Origin: Candidatus Micrarchaeota archaeon
Lineage (GTDB): Archaea; Micrarchaeota; Micrarchaeia; Micrarchaeales; CABMGC01
Assembly (NCBI GenBank): GCA_028867335.1
Contig: JAGWGN010000003.1
Location: forward strand, 1 to 62,553
DNA length: 62,553 nt
Reading direction: 5' to 3'
In this document: in pieces, positions 16,812 to 25,193 of the stretch
Layout: each line of letters opens with the position of its first letter
Position numbering within the stretch: the stretch's first letter is position 1
Notes under the pieces: model-generated
The model's database searches: none
Told to the model about the DNA's origin: nothing
Seen by the model: the letters and a program-made list of their open reading frames with translations, nothing else
Position numbers and translations under genes: made by a program

Positions 16812-18968
16812 ATGGGGGATGCAAGAGGACTAAAAGACGCAGCGCAGCCTAGCCGAAGGGAACATAACACTCCCGAAGTTGCGGCTAAGATGGCGACTCT
16901 GAAGGCTCTGCTTAAGAAGCTAGACCCAAAGATCAAGAAGAAGGACCTGAACAGCAAAAGGGCCATTCAGATTCTGGCAGAAAATAATCTTGAGGAAATT
17001 CTCGAGAAGTATAATTCGGAGGAGCTCAGGAAAAAGATTGCGGTCAAGCTCCTTGACGAAATAAACAATGGAACAAAGCAGTGGTCTGAGAAGAGGGCGC
17101 TCAAGATGATTGAGACCCTGAAGCTTGAATCGGTACAGAAGTTGCTAAACAAACACCCTCCAAAAGACTCATCCGTGCTTGCCGAGGTGCTCATGGAGAA
17201 GTCCCACTCCTCTGGGATAGGCTACGCCTCGCATAGGGGATCGAACTTCTACCCGATGAGGAAGGACTCGATTGAGAAGGTGGCGCAGGTGCTTTTCCTA
17301 GACGAGGTAATGGCCCCGTTTTCCGGCTACGATTCGCGCATCTCTTGGGTAATGCTGATGCAGTACACAAACCAGCTCTTCACCTTCAAGCCCGAAAGGC
17401 TAAGAGAGCAGGCAGTGCAGTTCGCGCAGGCGCTCACGATTCCGCAGGTTATGGAGAACTTCAATAGGCTTGCGAGCATTGATGACAAGGCGACAATGAC
17501 CGCCGTGAGCAACCTTTTCATAGGGATGGGGAGGATGATGGACGTGGAGCTCTTTGGAGAGATTTCGTGCCTGCTTGGGAAGTGCAACCCGTACCTTGCC
17601 AGCGCAATAACTTTCGATTTAGCCCAGCACTTTGAAGGGCCAAAGAAGGACAGGGCAAGGATACTTGAGGTCGTAAAGCTGCTTGAGGACAAGGAGATAC
17701 TAGAAAAGCTGAACTCCAAGGTGGTTATGGGGATGTTTTACGCCACCTCGTTTACGGTAAATGCAGGGATGGAGTTCGGGGACAGGGCGATGATGATAAG
17801 GGCGATCAATTTCTACACCACGCATGAGAAGATGATTAGGCAGATGGAGGGGCTTGCCTGGACTGAAGGGGGAAGGGCGATCTGCAAGATAATAAAGCTG
17901 AACCTTGACGAGGTCTGCACAGACAAGCACGGCGTCAAGTGCGTTATGATGTACGCGGCCTCGGGAGGCGCGTTTCTCAGGCCGACAGAGCAGAATCTAA
18001 AGGGCTACGAAAAGGAGCTGCTTGCGCACCTGAAGAAGAAGTACGGGCTTGAGAAGGAGCTCACAATGGAGGAGATGGGCATGCTCTCGGGGCTTGGAAG
18101 AAACAAGATAAGAAAGGGAATCCAGATTATAAACGAGTCAAAGGACGAGTCTGTGAGGAGGTACTCTCTTGACAACCAGCAGCTGCTCATGCTCGACTAC
18201 ACAAGGGAGCAGCTCTCTGAATACGCGGCAATCGCACTCCTGGGATCTAGGGACGCAAAGAAAGAGGCGAAGGCGATTCAGATATTCTCTGAGATTTCGG
18301 GAAGGGACAAACTCAATCAGGCAAGAAATCAGCTGAATACAAAATACAGGGAGCTGAAGGCGAGCATCTTTGCGATGGCAAAGGCAAGCACCTCTGACGC
18401 CCTTCTCTACCAGCGGATCTGCGCGATGCTGGCAGGCGCCAAAAACGAATTGATAGGGGACGTTCTTGAGGGAATCAACTGCAACGACCTGTCGGTAAAG
18501 AACACAGGCTTTGTAAGGGCTGCGGAGAGCAAAAACATACTCGACTATGACAGCAGGGTTCAGATGGCTTGCGTATTTTTGCCACGAAGCAACGACATCT
18601 ACGGCTATGCTGCTGACAAGGAGATTGTGATGGTGAAGTACGAGATAGGCGAGAAGCGCCTGGGCGGAGCAATCTGCTCTGTCACGGGGGGCAATTTCCT
18701 GGTCGACTCGGTTGAGGGGCACAGGTTCTTTAGGAAGAGTGCGGTGTTTGAGATAGTGTTTAATGACCTGATTGAGAGGGCGAAAGAGAAGAAGGTAGAT
18801 AGGATAGTCTTCGGGATGGACGGTAACGGCGAGACCGCGAAGAAGTTCGTAGAGTATATCGAGAATAAGGGGCTTAGGGAGATGACGATAGAGTTTGCGA
18901 TAAAGGAAAACGTCTACCTTGAGACCGAGAAGGGGAGCAGGGCGCTTGCAATGGAGCTTAGGGACTGA
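16812..18968 (+). CDS. Large hypothetical protein (718 aa)
   Basis: Long ORF with genome-typical codon usage; no family recognised. Confidence 0.75.
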   Translation: MGDARGLKDAAQPSRREHNTPEVAAKMATLKALLKKLDPKIKKKDLNSKRAIQILAENNLEEILEKYNSEELRKKIAVKLLDEINNGTKQWSEKRALKMIETLKLESVQKLLNKHPPKDSSVLAEVLMEKSHSSGIGYASHRGSNFYPMRKDSIEKVAQVLFLDEVMAPFSGYDSRISWVMLMQYTNQLFTFKPERLREQAVQFAQALTIPQVMENFNRLASIDDKATMTAVSNLFIGMGRMMDVELFGEISCLLGKCNPYLASAITFDLAQHFEGPKKDRARILEVVKLLEDKEILEKLNSKVVMGMFYATSFTVNAGMEFGDRAMMIRAINFYTTHEKMIRQMEGLAWTEGGRAICKIIKLNLDEVCTDKHGVKCVMMYAASGGAFLRPTEQNLKGYEKELLAHLKKKYGLEKELTMEEMGMLSGLGRNKIRKGIQIINESKDESVRRYSLDNQQLLMLDYTREQLSEYAAIALLGSRDAKKEAKAIQIFSEISGRDKLNQARNQLNTKYRELKASIFAMAKASTSDALLYQRICAMLAGAKNELIGDVLEGINCNDLSVKNTGFVRAAESKNILDYDSRVQMACVFLPRSNDIYGYAADKEIVMVKYEIGEKRLGGAICSVTGGNFLVDSVEGHRFFRKSAVFEIVFNDLIERAKEKKVDRIVFGMDGNGETAKKFVEYIENKGLREMTIEFAIKENVYLETEKGSRALAMELRD

Positions 18969-19018
18969 TTGTTCCGCTAAAAACAACGTTTCTTAAATGC
19001 TTGATTGCAAGTATTATC

Positions 19019-19276
19019 GGCAGCAAGGCTGGGAGCCAGGGGTTCCCAATCCGCAAATCCCCTTTAGGCGGGCCGCATGCTTGTCGAGTGTTACAGAGTA
19101 GTGCAAGGCCTAGGCCGAAGCGTTGAGGTTTCGCCTCTAGTGGTAGTTGCATATTCGAACCGGGCCAGGCCGGAAGGAGCAACCCTAAGTCTATGTTTAC
19201 TATGCTCTAGAGATACGGGGCTGAGTGTAGGCCTAGATAACCTTGCAGTGCGCTGCAATGCAAGGCGGCTGCTGCC
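19019..19276 (+). ncRNA. ffs: Signal recognition particle (7S) RNA
   Basis: Helix 8 GGGCCAGGCCGGAAGGAGCAACCC; terminal helix GGCAGCA/TGCTGCC; Alu-like 5' hairpins; helix 5 pairings TGCAAGG/CCTTGCA and CTAGGCC/GGCCTAG; TATA-like TTAAAT about 25 nt upstream. Confidence 0.88.
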
Positions 19277-19331
19277 ATTTGAGACTTGAAGAAGTAAGCT
19301 TTAAGTATTAAATTCGACATATTAATTGCGT

Positions 19332-19415
19332 GCCCAGGTCGCCTAGTGGTAGGGCGGCAGCCCGCTAAGCTGTTTGGTTGAAAGACCTTCGTGAGTTCGA
19401 CTCTCACTCTGGGCG
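19332..19415 (+). tRNA. tRNA-Ser(GCT)
   Basis: Acceptor GCCCAGG/TCTGGGC, G73, anticodon arm GCAGC-CCGCTAA-GCTGT, long variable arm, T arm GTGAG-TTCGACT-CTCAC. Confidence 0.88.
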
Positions 19416-19436
19416 CATTTTGTTTAACGTGATTGT

Positions 19437-19832
19437 ATGGTACAACTATCTGACAAGGTAAGAGAGCTGATTGACGGCAAGAACTTTGCGCACATCGCGA
19501 CAATCATGAAGGACGGATCGCCGCAGGTGACGACAGTGTGGATAGACCGCGACGGGGACACGATTCTGATAAACACCGCGGAGGGAAGGGTCAAGGAAAG
19601 GAATCTAAAGCGCGACCCGCGGATCGCAATCAGCATAACCAAGGGAGACAATCAGTACTCAGGGGCATGGATACGGGGAAAGGTCGTGGGAATGACGGCT
19701 GAAGGCGCCGTGGAGCACATAAACAAGCTCGCAAAGAAGTACACCGGAGCGGACAAGTATCAGGGCTATACTCCAAACGAAAAGAGAATCGTGCTTCGAA
19801 TAGAGGCTCAGCACATAACTGAGAGGCTCTAA
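19437..19832 (+). CDS. Pyridoxamine 5'-phosphate oxidase family (PPOX-class, putatively F420-binding) protein
   Basis: IATIMKDGSPQVTTVW...KERNLKRDPRIAI. Confidence 0.85.
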   Translation: MVQLSDKVRELIDGKNFAHIATIMKDGSPQVTTVWIDRDGDTILINTAEGRVKERNLKRDPRIAISITKGDNQYSGAWIRGKVVGMTAEGAVEHINKLAKKYTGADKYQGYTPNEKRIVLRIEAQHITERL

Positions 19833-19879
19833 TCTAATTGTTTGGAAATTTATCGGCTCAGCTGAGCCTCTTTGAAATT

Positions 19880-19911
19880 AAAAATAGAAAGAAAAATAAA
19901 AAAAGAAAAAA
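19880..19911 (-). terminator. T-rich terminator downstream of TRAM gene
   Basis: Long oligo-T tracts on the minus strand right after the stop. Confidence 0.5.
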
Positions 19912-19920
19912 GGGGAGTAA

Positions 19921-20283
19921 TTACTCCTCTGATTCTGTCTCCTCTGAGGAATCTTCTGATCCCTCATCGGATGGTGCTGCGCTTGGTGCTGATGCCGATC
20001 CAGACATTTCGCCGATTGCGAATCTTGCCTTTACATCGGTGATCTTGACCTGTACGGTCTCACCCTGCTTTGCGCCGGCTACGAAGATAACGAAACCGTC
20101 CTTCTTTGCTATGCCGTCTCCCTTGCTTGCGACTGCCTCGATTGTTACATCGACCACATCGCCAACCTTTACAGGCTTTGGTAGGAAGTAATTAGGCTTT
20201 ATGCCCATTCCTCCTCTCCTGTCTCCGCCTTCTCTTCCGCCACTGTTTGGCCTTCTTTCATATCTGTCTCCTTCCATGTTCAT
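19921..20283 (-). CDS. Single TRAM-domain RNA-binding protein
   Basis: PVKVGDVVDVTIEAVASKGDGIAKKDGFVIFV. Confidence 0.9.
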   Translation of the reverse strand: MNMEGDRYERRPNSGGREGGDRRGGMGIKPNYFLPKPVKVGDVVDVTIEAVASKGDGIAKKDGFVIFVAGAKQGETVQVKITDVKARFAIGEMSGSASAPSAAPSDEGSEDSSEETESEE

Positions 20284-20386
20284 CTTTTCTCTGTAGAATT
20301 AGCGATTTAACTCGCTTTACTACTTAACTATAATTAAGGGATTTGTTGTTTATAAGCTTATCGGTATCCGCGTTTATCGAGGGAAA

Positions 20387-21016
20387 TCAGCCGATTTTCC
20401 TCGCGAGCGCCTCAGTGCTTTCGAAGATGTAATCCGGCTTGCAGGCGCTTAGCTTTGAGTATGGATCCAGCCCCTTTCCGACCGCGCACACGCGCACCCC
20501 TGCAAAGCGCGCCATGAAGATGTCGATTGCCATATCCCCAATGTAGAGGCTCTTTTTCTTGGTCCCCCTCATCCTCTTTATGACCAGCTCCACCCCTGTG
20601 GGATTTGGCTTGTAGGCGCGGATCGTCTCTGCGCTGACTATCATGTCAAAGTACTTCTCCACCCCAAGGCGCCGCAGCTCCCTGTTGAGCCTGCCCTGCG
20701 CCCCGTCGCTAAAGAGCGCTATGGATTTCTTGTTTGTCCTAAGCTCCTCAAGCAGCTCTATAGTACCCTCCCTGAGCCTTGGCCTTGCAAAGAAGCTGTA
20801 GATGTCGTAGACAAAGTCAAGTGTCTTCGCCTCCCCCGCATCTAGGGCCCCGTTGATCTCCTTGGGCTGCCTGAACTCCTCCGGGTGCGCCCTTATGTAG
20901 TTTGGGTTGTATCTCCTCTTGAAAAAGTGGCTGAGCCTCACCACAAGGGTAGATGTGCTGAGCGTTCCGTCCCAGTCGAAAATGAAGAGATCGAAATCCC
21001 TAAGGAGAGGTTGCAT
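20387..21016 (-). CDS. HAD-family hydrolase (phosphoglycolate phosphatase-like)
   Basis: FDWDGT, KPNP, YIGD...D; start trimmed to MQPLL. Confidence 0.85.
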   Translation of the reverse strand: MQPLLRDFDLFIFDWDGTLSTSTLVVRLSHFFKRRYNPNYIRAHPEEFRQPKEINGALDAGEAKTLDFVYDIYSFFARPRLREGTIELLEELRTNKKSIALFSDGAQGRLNRELRRLGVEKYFDMIVSAETIRAYKPNPTGVELVIKRMRGTKKKSLYIGDMAIDIFMARFAGVRVCAVGKGLDPYSKLSACKPDYIFESTEALARKIG

Positions 21017-21049
21017 AAGGGCTATTAATCTTATTAACAAATAAAAATG

Positions 21050-21110
21050 TGAGTGATGATTGAGGTAATCTCTGAGCTTTTGCTGTGAAGATTGATAGGC
21101 GGTCTGACAA
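21050..21110 (+). ncRNA. C/D box sRNA (2'-O-methylation guide)
   Basis: Box C GTGATGA 21053-59; 12-nt guide; D' CTGA 21072-75; C' GTGAAGA 21085-91; 12-nt guide; D CTGA 21104-07; followed by T6. Confidence 0.82.
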
Positions 21111-21119
21111 GGTTTTTTC

Positions 21120-22019
21120 ATGGAGGGAAGTAAGGGTGTGCTCGAGAGGCTAAAGAAGAACAGCATCCTAGCCACCGACATCGCCAGCCAGTTCTGGTGC
21201 GAGCTCCAGATGGAGCTAAACTACATACATGGGCGCGAGTTCAACAAGGCGATGGCCGGAGGCTCCAAGGTGCACAAGGAGCTGCAGATGGAGGTCGCGA
21301 CTGTAATAGACGTCGAGCCGCAGAACTATGCGGACTTCCTATTCAAGGAGGCATACGAAAATTATCTATCACTAAAGAGCCTAAACGAAAAAGGAATCGG
21401 AAGGGAGATAAAGGTCTACGGATCCTTGAACGGATACAAGTTCGCAGGAAAGATTGACGAGCTGAACGTCCGTGATGGAAAAGTGGTGATTGTCGAGACC
21501 AAGACAAAGGCGCTAAACGGAAAGCTCTTTGAGAAGAATGAGGGCGTCAAGGAGATAAGCGACGCGACAATGCGGACCCACAAGATACAGATCATGCTCT
21601 ATCGCAAGATGCTGGGCGATTTGCAGAGCAAAGAGTACACCTACAAGAACTTCTACAACTCGTATGCAATATCGAAGATGGTCCTCTCAGACAAGTTCAT
21701 CGCGCAGCTTGAGCTGATAGGAATAGACAGGAACCTGCGCAACTTCGACACGATCTATAGCATGGGATATGAGCAGATATACAAGATGGCGCCGATAAGC
21801 GACACGCTTGTTATCTCCTATGTTGACCGCAACACTGGCAATGAGTTTGCAAGCGTCAGCGTAGATTATAATAAAGAGTCCTTCGATAAGATTCTCGTGG
21901 ATGCCATGGCATACTGGACCGGGCAGAGGGAGGCTAGGCCAGTTGTCAAGGAGGAGGCGTGGAAGTGCAACTTCTGCAAGTTCTACGGCAAAGAGTGCAA
22001 GGTTTGGTGGGCTAAATGA
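21120..22019 (+). CDS. Exonuclease V (Exo5)/Cas4-like PD-(D/E)xK nuclease with Fe-S cysteines
   Basis: TDIASQFWCELQ, GKIDEL...VETKT, WKCNFCKFYGKEC. Confidence 0.8.
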   Translation: MEGSKGVLERLKKNSILATDIASQFWCELQMELNYIHGREFNKAMAGGSKVHKELQMEVATVIDVEPQNYADFLFKEAYENYLSLKSLNEKGIGREIKVYGSLNGYKFAGKIDELNVRDGKVVIVETKTKALNGKLFEKNEGVKEISDATMRTHKIQIMLYRKMLGDLQSKEYTYKNFYNSYAISKMVLSDKFIAQLELIGIDRNLRNFDTIYSMGYEQIYKMAPISDTLVISYVDRNTGNEFASVSVDYNKESFDKILVDAMAYWTGQREARPVVKEEAWKCNFCKFYGKECKVWWAK

Positions 22020-24688
22020 TACCTAAGGTGGAAAATCTAAGCAAGGACTCATTGAGGGCAGAGTTTAGCAAGAACTACAAAGAATATTATCATGTCAAGC
22101 TTTTTGATGAGAAAGGCTACAAGAGATACACATGCACAAAGTGCGGCAGGAACTTCTGGAGCATAAAGGAGAGGAAGCTGTGCGGAGACCACGAGAACTA
22201 CTCATTTTTCAAATCAAAGCCGATCAAGGCGGGATACGTCGAGTTTTGGAAGAAGTTTGCTGAGTTCTTCAGAAAGAACGGACACCAGGAGATTGCAAGC
22301 TACCCTGTGGTGAGCAGGTGGAGGCAGGATCTGTATTTTACAATCGCCAGCATCCAGGACTTCCAGAGGATTGAGAATGGCAACATGGGGTTTGAGTACT
22401 CGGCAAATCCGCTTGTGGTGCCGCAGATGTGCCTTAGGTTCAGCGACATAGAGAACGTCGGGGTCACAGGAAGGCACTTCACCGGGTTCATGATGGTGGG
22501 CCAGCACTCCTTTGAGTATCCGAAGAAGGGATACTGGAAGGACAAGACAATCGAGCTCAACTACAACTTTTTGGTCGATGTACTGGGAGTGAAGAAGGAG
22601 GATCTCCTCTACCACGAGGATGTCTGGGCGATGGGGGACTTCTCGGAGTTCGGCCCGTCTCTTGAGAGCTTTGCAAACGGGCTTGAGCTGGTCAACAGCG
22701 TCTTCACGCAGTTCGAATCAACAGGGGGAAAGATAAAAGAGCTTGAGGGCAAGGTTATCGACGTCGGATGGGGGTTCGAGAGGCTGCTTTGGTTCTACAC
22801 GGGCTACGACAACGCATACAGGGCGGTGTTCAGCAATGAGATAGAGAAGATCGGAAAGAGGCTCAAGCTGGATTTTGATGATAAGCTCTTCAAGAAATTT
22901 GCGGAGGCCTCTGGAGAACTTGACGTGACCGAGGCGAAGGAGGCAAAGACAAGGCTTGCCTCGATACTCAAGGAGGAGGGGATAACGCTTGACGACTACG
23001 AGCACAAGCTCAAGCCGCTCCACGCTTTCTATGCGATATTAGACCACACAAGGAGCCTGCTCTTTGCGGTCTCTGACGGGGCGCTCCCATCAAACATCGG
23101 AGGGGGATACAACCTGAGGATAATCCTTAGGAGGGCGCTGGGATTCATAGAGAGATACAAATTTGACGTTTCGATAATGGAGATTGCAAGGCTCGAGGCA
23201 GAGAGCCTCAAGGCGCTATATCCGGATCTTGCAAAGAACCTCGACGTGCTTGAGAAGGTCGTTGAGATCGAGAAGGACAGATACGAAAAGAGCAAACAGA
23301 ACTCCTCGAAGATAATCGAGAGTATGCTTGCAAAGAACAAGAAGTTCGGGCCAAAGGAGCTTAGGCTCATGTACGAGAGCTATGGGGTGACCCCTGAGCT
23401 GCTCTCGGACGTCGCCGCGCACAAGAATGTCCACCTTGACATGCCGGAGAACTGGTACGAGTCAATCTTGGAGGGAGACTTTGCAAAGAAGGTTAAGGCG
23501 GTTAAGGTTGATGTCACCCTTCCTGCGCTTCCAAAGACAGAGCAGCTATACTACGATTATGCGACTGTTGCGGACGCTAAGATCCTCTTCGCGCAGAAGA
23601 ACTACGTGGTGCTTGACAAGAGCCCGTTCTACCCTGAGGGAGGAGGGCAGCTTGCTGACTGGGGAGCGATCAACGGAGTGAAGGTTATCGATGCGCAGAA
23701 GGTCGGAGAGGTAATCGTTCACGTGATGGAAAAGGATATCACCAAGGAAAAGGGTTTCGCTGCAGGCTCAAAAGTCCACGCAGTGGTCGATGAGGACCGC
23801 AGAAACAGGCTTATGATACACCACAGCGCAACGCACCTAATGAACGCATCATCAAGGGAGGCGCTGGGCAAGCACATCTGGCAGCAGGGGACTCTCAAGG
23901 ACTACGCAAAGGCGAGGATTGACCTCACCCACTATGACAAGCTCAGTGACGCTGATGTTAACAAGATAGAAAGAATCGCAAACGGCCATCTCTCTGACGG
24001 AATAAAGATCGAGGTAAAGTGGATGGACAGGGGGGAGGCGGAGTCAAAGTACGGATTTGTCATTTACCAAGGTCACGGGGTTCCGGCGAAGAAAATCAGG
24101 ATAGTGACAATCGCAGACAAGAGCGGAAAGGTGTTCGACGCTCAGGCTTGCGGGGGAATCCACCTGGTGGACAGGGAGAACAAGATGGGAATTGTGAAGA
24201 TAATCGACACCTCAAGGATACACGATGGGGTGGACAGAATCGAGTTCGTTGCAGGGCCTGCTGCGCTTGACTACTTCCAGAAGGAGGATAGCGAGCTAAG
24301 CAAGGTTGCCCAGGAGATGAATGTCGAGAAGATGAAGAGCGCTGAGGCGGTGAGGACTTCAAGGGAAGCCTACAGCGAGATGTTCAAGAAGCTAAGCCAG
24401 GCAAACGAAGTTGTAAGCGAGACGATGTCCGAGCAGTTTGCGGGAAAGAACCTAATAGAGAAGGACATGGGCAAGGCGCCAAGGGAGCTGCTCAGAAAGC
24501 TCGCCTCATCGATAGTCGATAAAAACAGAAAGGCTGCTGTTTTGCTGACAAACTCCGCAGGGGACGTGGTCTGCGCATGCGGGGAGGACTCCGGAAAGAG
24601 TGCGATCGAGTATGCGACAAGCAAGCTCGGCAAGTCCTTCAAGGGAGGAGGGTCAAAGAAGGTCGCGGAAGGAAAGATTGTGAAATAG
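22016..24688 (+). CDS. alaS: Alanyl-tRNA synthetase (archaeal type)
   Basis: FTIASIQDFQ, VGVTGRH, FYPEGGGQ, editing HSATH and QACGG, GGGS. Confidence 0.96.
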   Translation: MIPKVENLSKDSLRAEFSKNYKEYYHVKLFDEKGYKRYTCTKCGRNFWSIKERKLCGDHENYSFFKSKPIKAGYVEFWKKFAEFFRKNGHQEIASYPVVSRWRQDLYFTIASIQDFQRIENGNMGFEYSANPLVVPQMCLRFSDIENVGVTGRHFTGFMMVGQHSFEYPKKGYWKDKTIELNYNFLVDVLGVKKEDLLYHEDVWAMGDFSEFGPSLESFANGLELVNSVFTQFESTGGKIKELEGKVIDVGWGFERLLWFYTGYDNAYRAVFSNEIEKIGKRLKLDFDDKLFKKFAEASGELDVTEAKEAKTRLASILKEEGITLDDYEHKLKPLHAFYAILDHTRSLLFAVSDGALPSNIGGGYNLRIILRRALGFIERYKFDVSIMEIARLEAESLKALYPDLAKNLDVLEKVVEIEKDRYEKSKQNSSKIIESMLAKNKKFGPKELRLMYESYGVTPELLSDVAAHKNVHLDMPENWYESILEGDFAKKVKAVKVDVTLPALPKTEQLYYDYATVADAKILFAQKNYVVLDKSPFYPEGGGQLADWGAINGVKVIDAQKVGEVIVHVMEKDITKEKGFAAGSKVHAVVDEDRRNRLMIHHSATHLMNASSREALGKHIWQQGTLKDYAKARIDLTHYDKLSDADVNKIERIANGHLSDGIKIEVKWMDRGEAESKYGFVIYQGHGVPAKKIRIVTIADKSGKVFDAQACGGIHLVDRENKMGIVKIIDTSRIHDGVDRIEFVAGPAALDYFQKEDSELSKVAQEMNVEKMKSAEAVRTSREAYSEMFKKLSQANEVVSETMSEQFAGKNLIEKDMGKAPRELLRKLASSIVDKNRKAAVLLTNSAGDVVCACGEDSGKSAIEYATSKLGKSFKGGGSKKVAEGKIVK

Positions 24689-24695
24689 TGTTTGC

Positions 24696-25193
24696 ATGTT
24701 CGATCTTTATTCGGTAATTTTGTATCCGCTAATATTCATACTGCCTGCTTATGTCTCAAATGGAGCTCCAGTGCTCTTTGGAGGAGGGAGGCCTATCGAC
24801 GGAGGCAGAAAGCTCCTTGGGAAGAGGATATTCGGGGACAACAAGACGATAAGGGGACTGATAGCAGGGCTGTTGGTTGGCGCGCTTATAGGATTCGGGG
24901 AGTCGACAGTTCTTCCATACATGCTTGCGGTGGGAGTTGCGGAATCTTTCGGAGCGCACTTTGGCGATCTGCTCGGCAGCTTCATAAAAAGAAGACTTGG
25001 AATGAGTTCTGGCCACAATATGGGGATAATGGACCAGTATTTCTTTGTGATATTCGCGATTGTCTTTGCGATTCCCTTCGGAAACCTCCCGAACATCTAC
25101 GGGATCATATTCATACTAATAATAACAGGCGCACTTCATCTTTTCACCAACTCTGTTGCTCACAGATGGAAGCTCAAGGCAGTCCCTTGGTAA
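24696..25193 (+). CDS. carS: CDP-archaeol synthase
   Basis: PAYVSNGAPV, GDNKT, GDLLGSFIKRRLG, DQ, C-terminal KAVPW. Confidence 0.9.
   Translation: MFDLYSVILYPLIFILPAYVSNGAPVLFGGGRPIDGGRKLLGKRIFGDNKTIRGLIAGLLVGALIGFGESTVLPYMLAVGVAESFGAHFGDLLGSFIKRRLGMSSGHNMGIMDQYFFVIFAIVFAIPFGNLPNIYGIIFILIITGALHLFTNSVAHRWKLKAVPW

Noticed and set aside
18138-18986. 282-aa antisense ORF and the many other short overlapping ORFs
   Set aside because: Shadows of longer or motif-supported genes, with no recognisable motifs of their own.
18958-19503. Short ORFs over the SRP RNA and tRNA region
   Set aside because: The region is explained by structured RNA genes.
21060-21071. D' guide as complementary to the 16S 3' end (GGAUCACCUCC)
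   Set aside because: Pairing to the consensus has a mismatch exactly at the D+5 position, and the organism's rRNA is not in the window.
21017-21181. N-terminal extension of the HAD hydrolase
   Set aside because: Overlaps the C/D sRNA and the nuclease start; HAD motif I follows the Met at 21016.
21120-22019. Cas4-like gene as evidence of CRISPR-Cas
   Set aside because: No repeat-spacer array or other cas genes seen in the window; motifs fit a solo Exo5-like nuclease.
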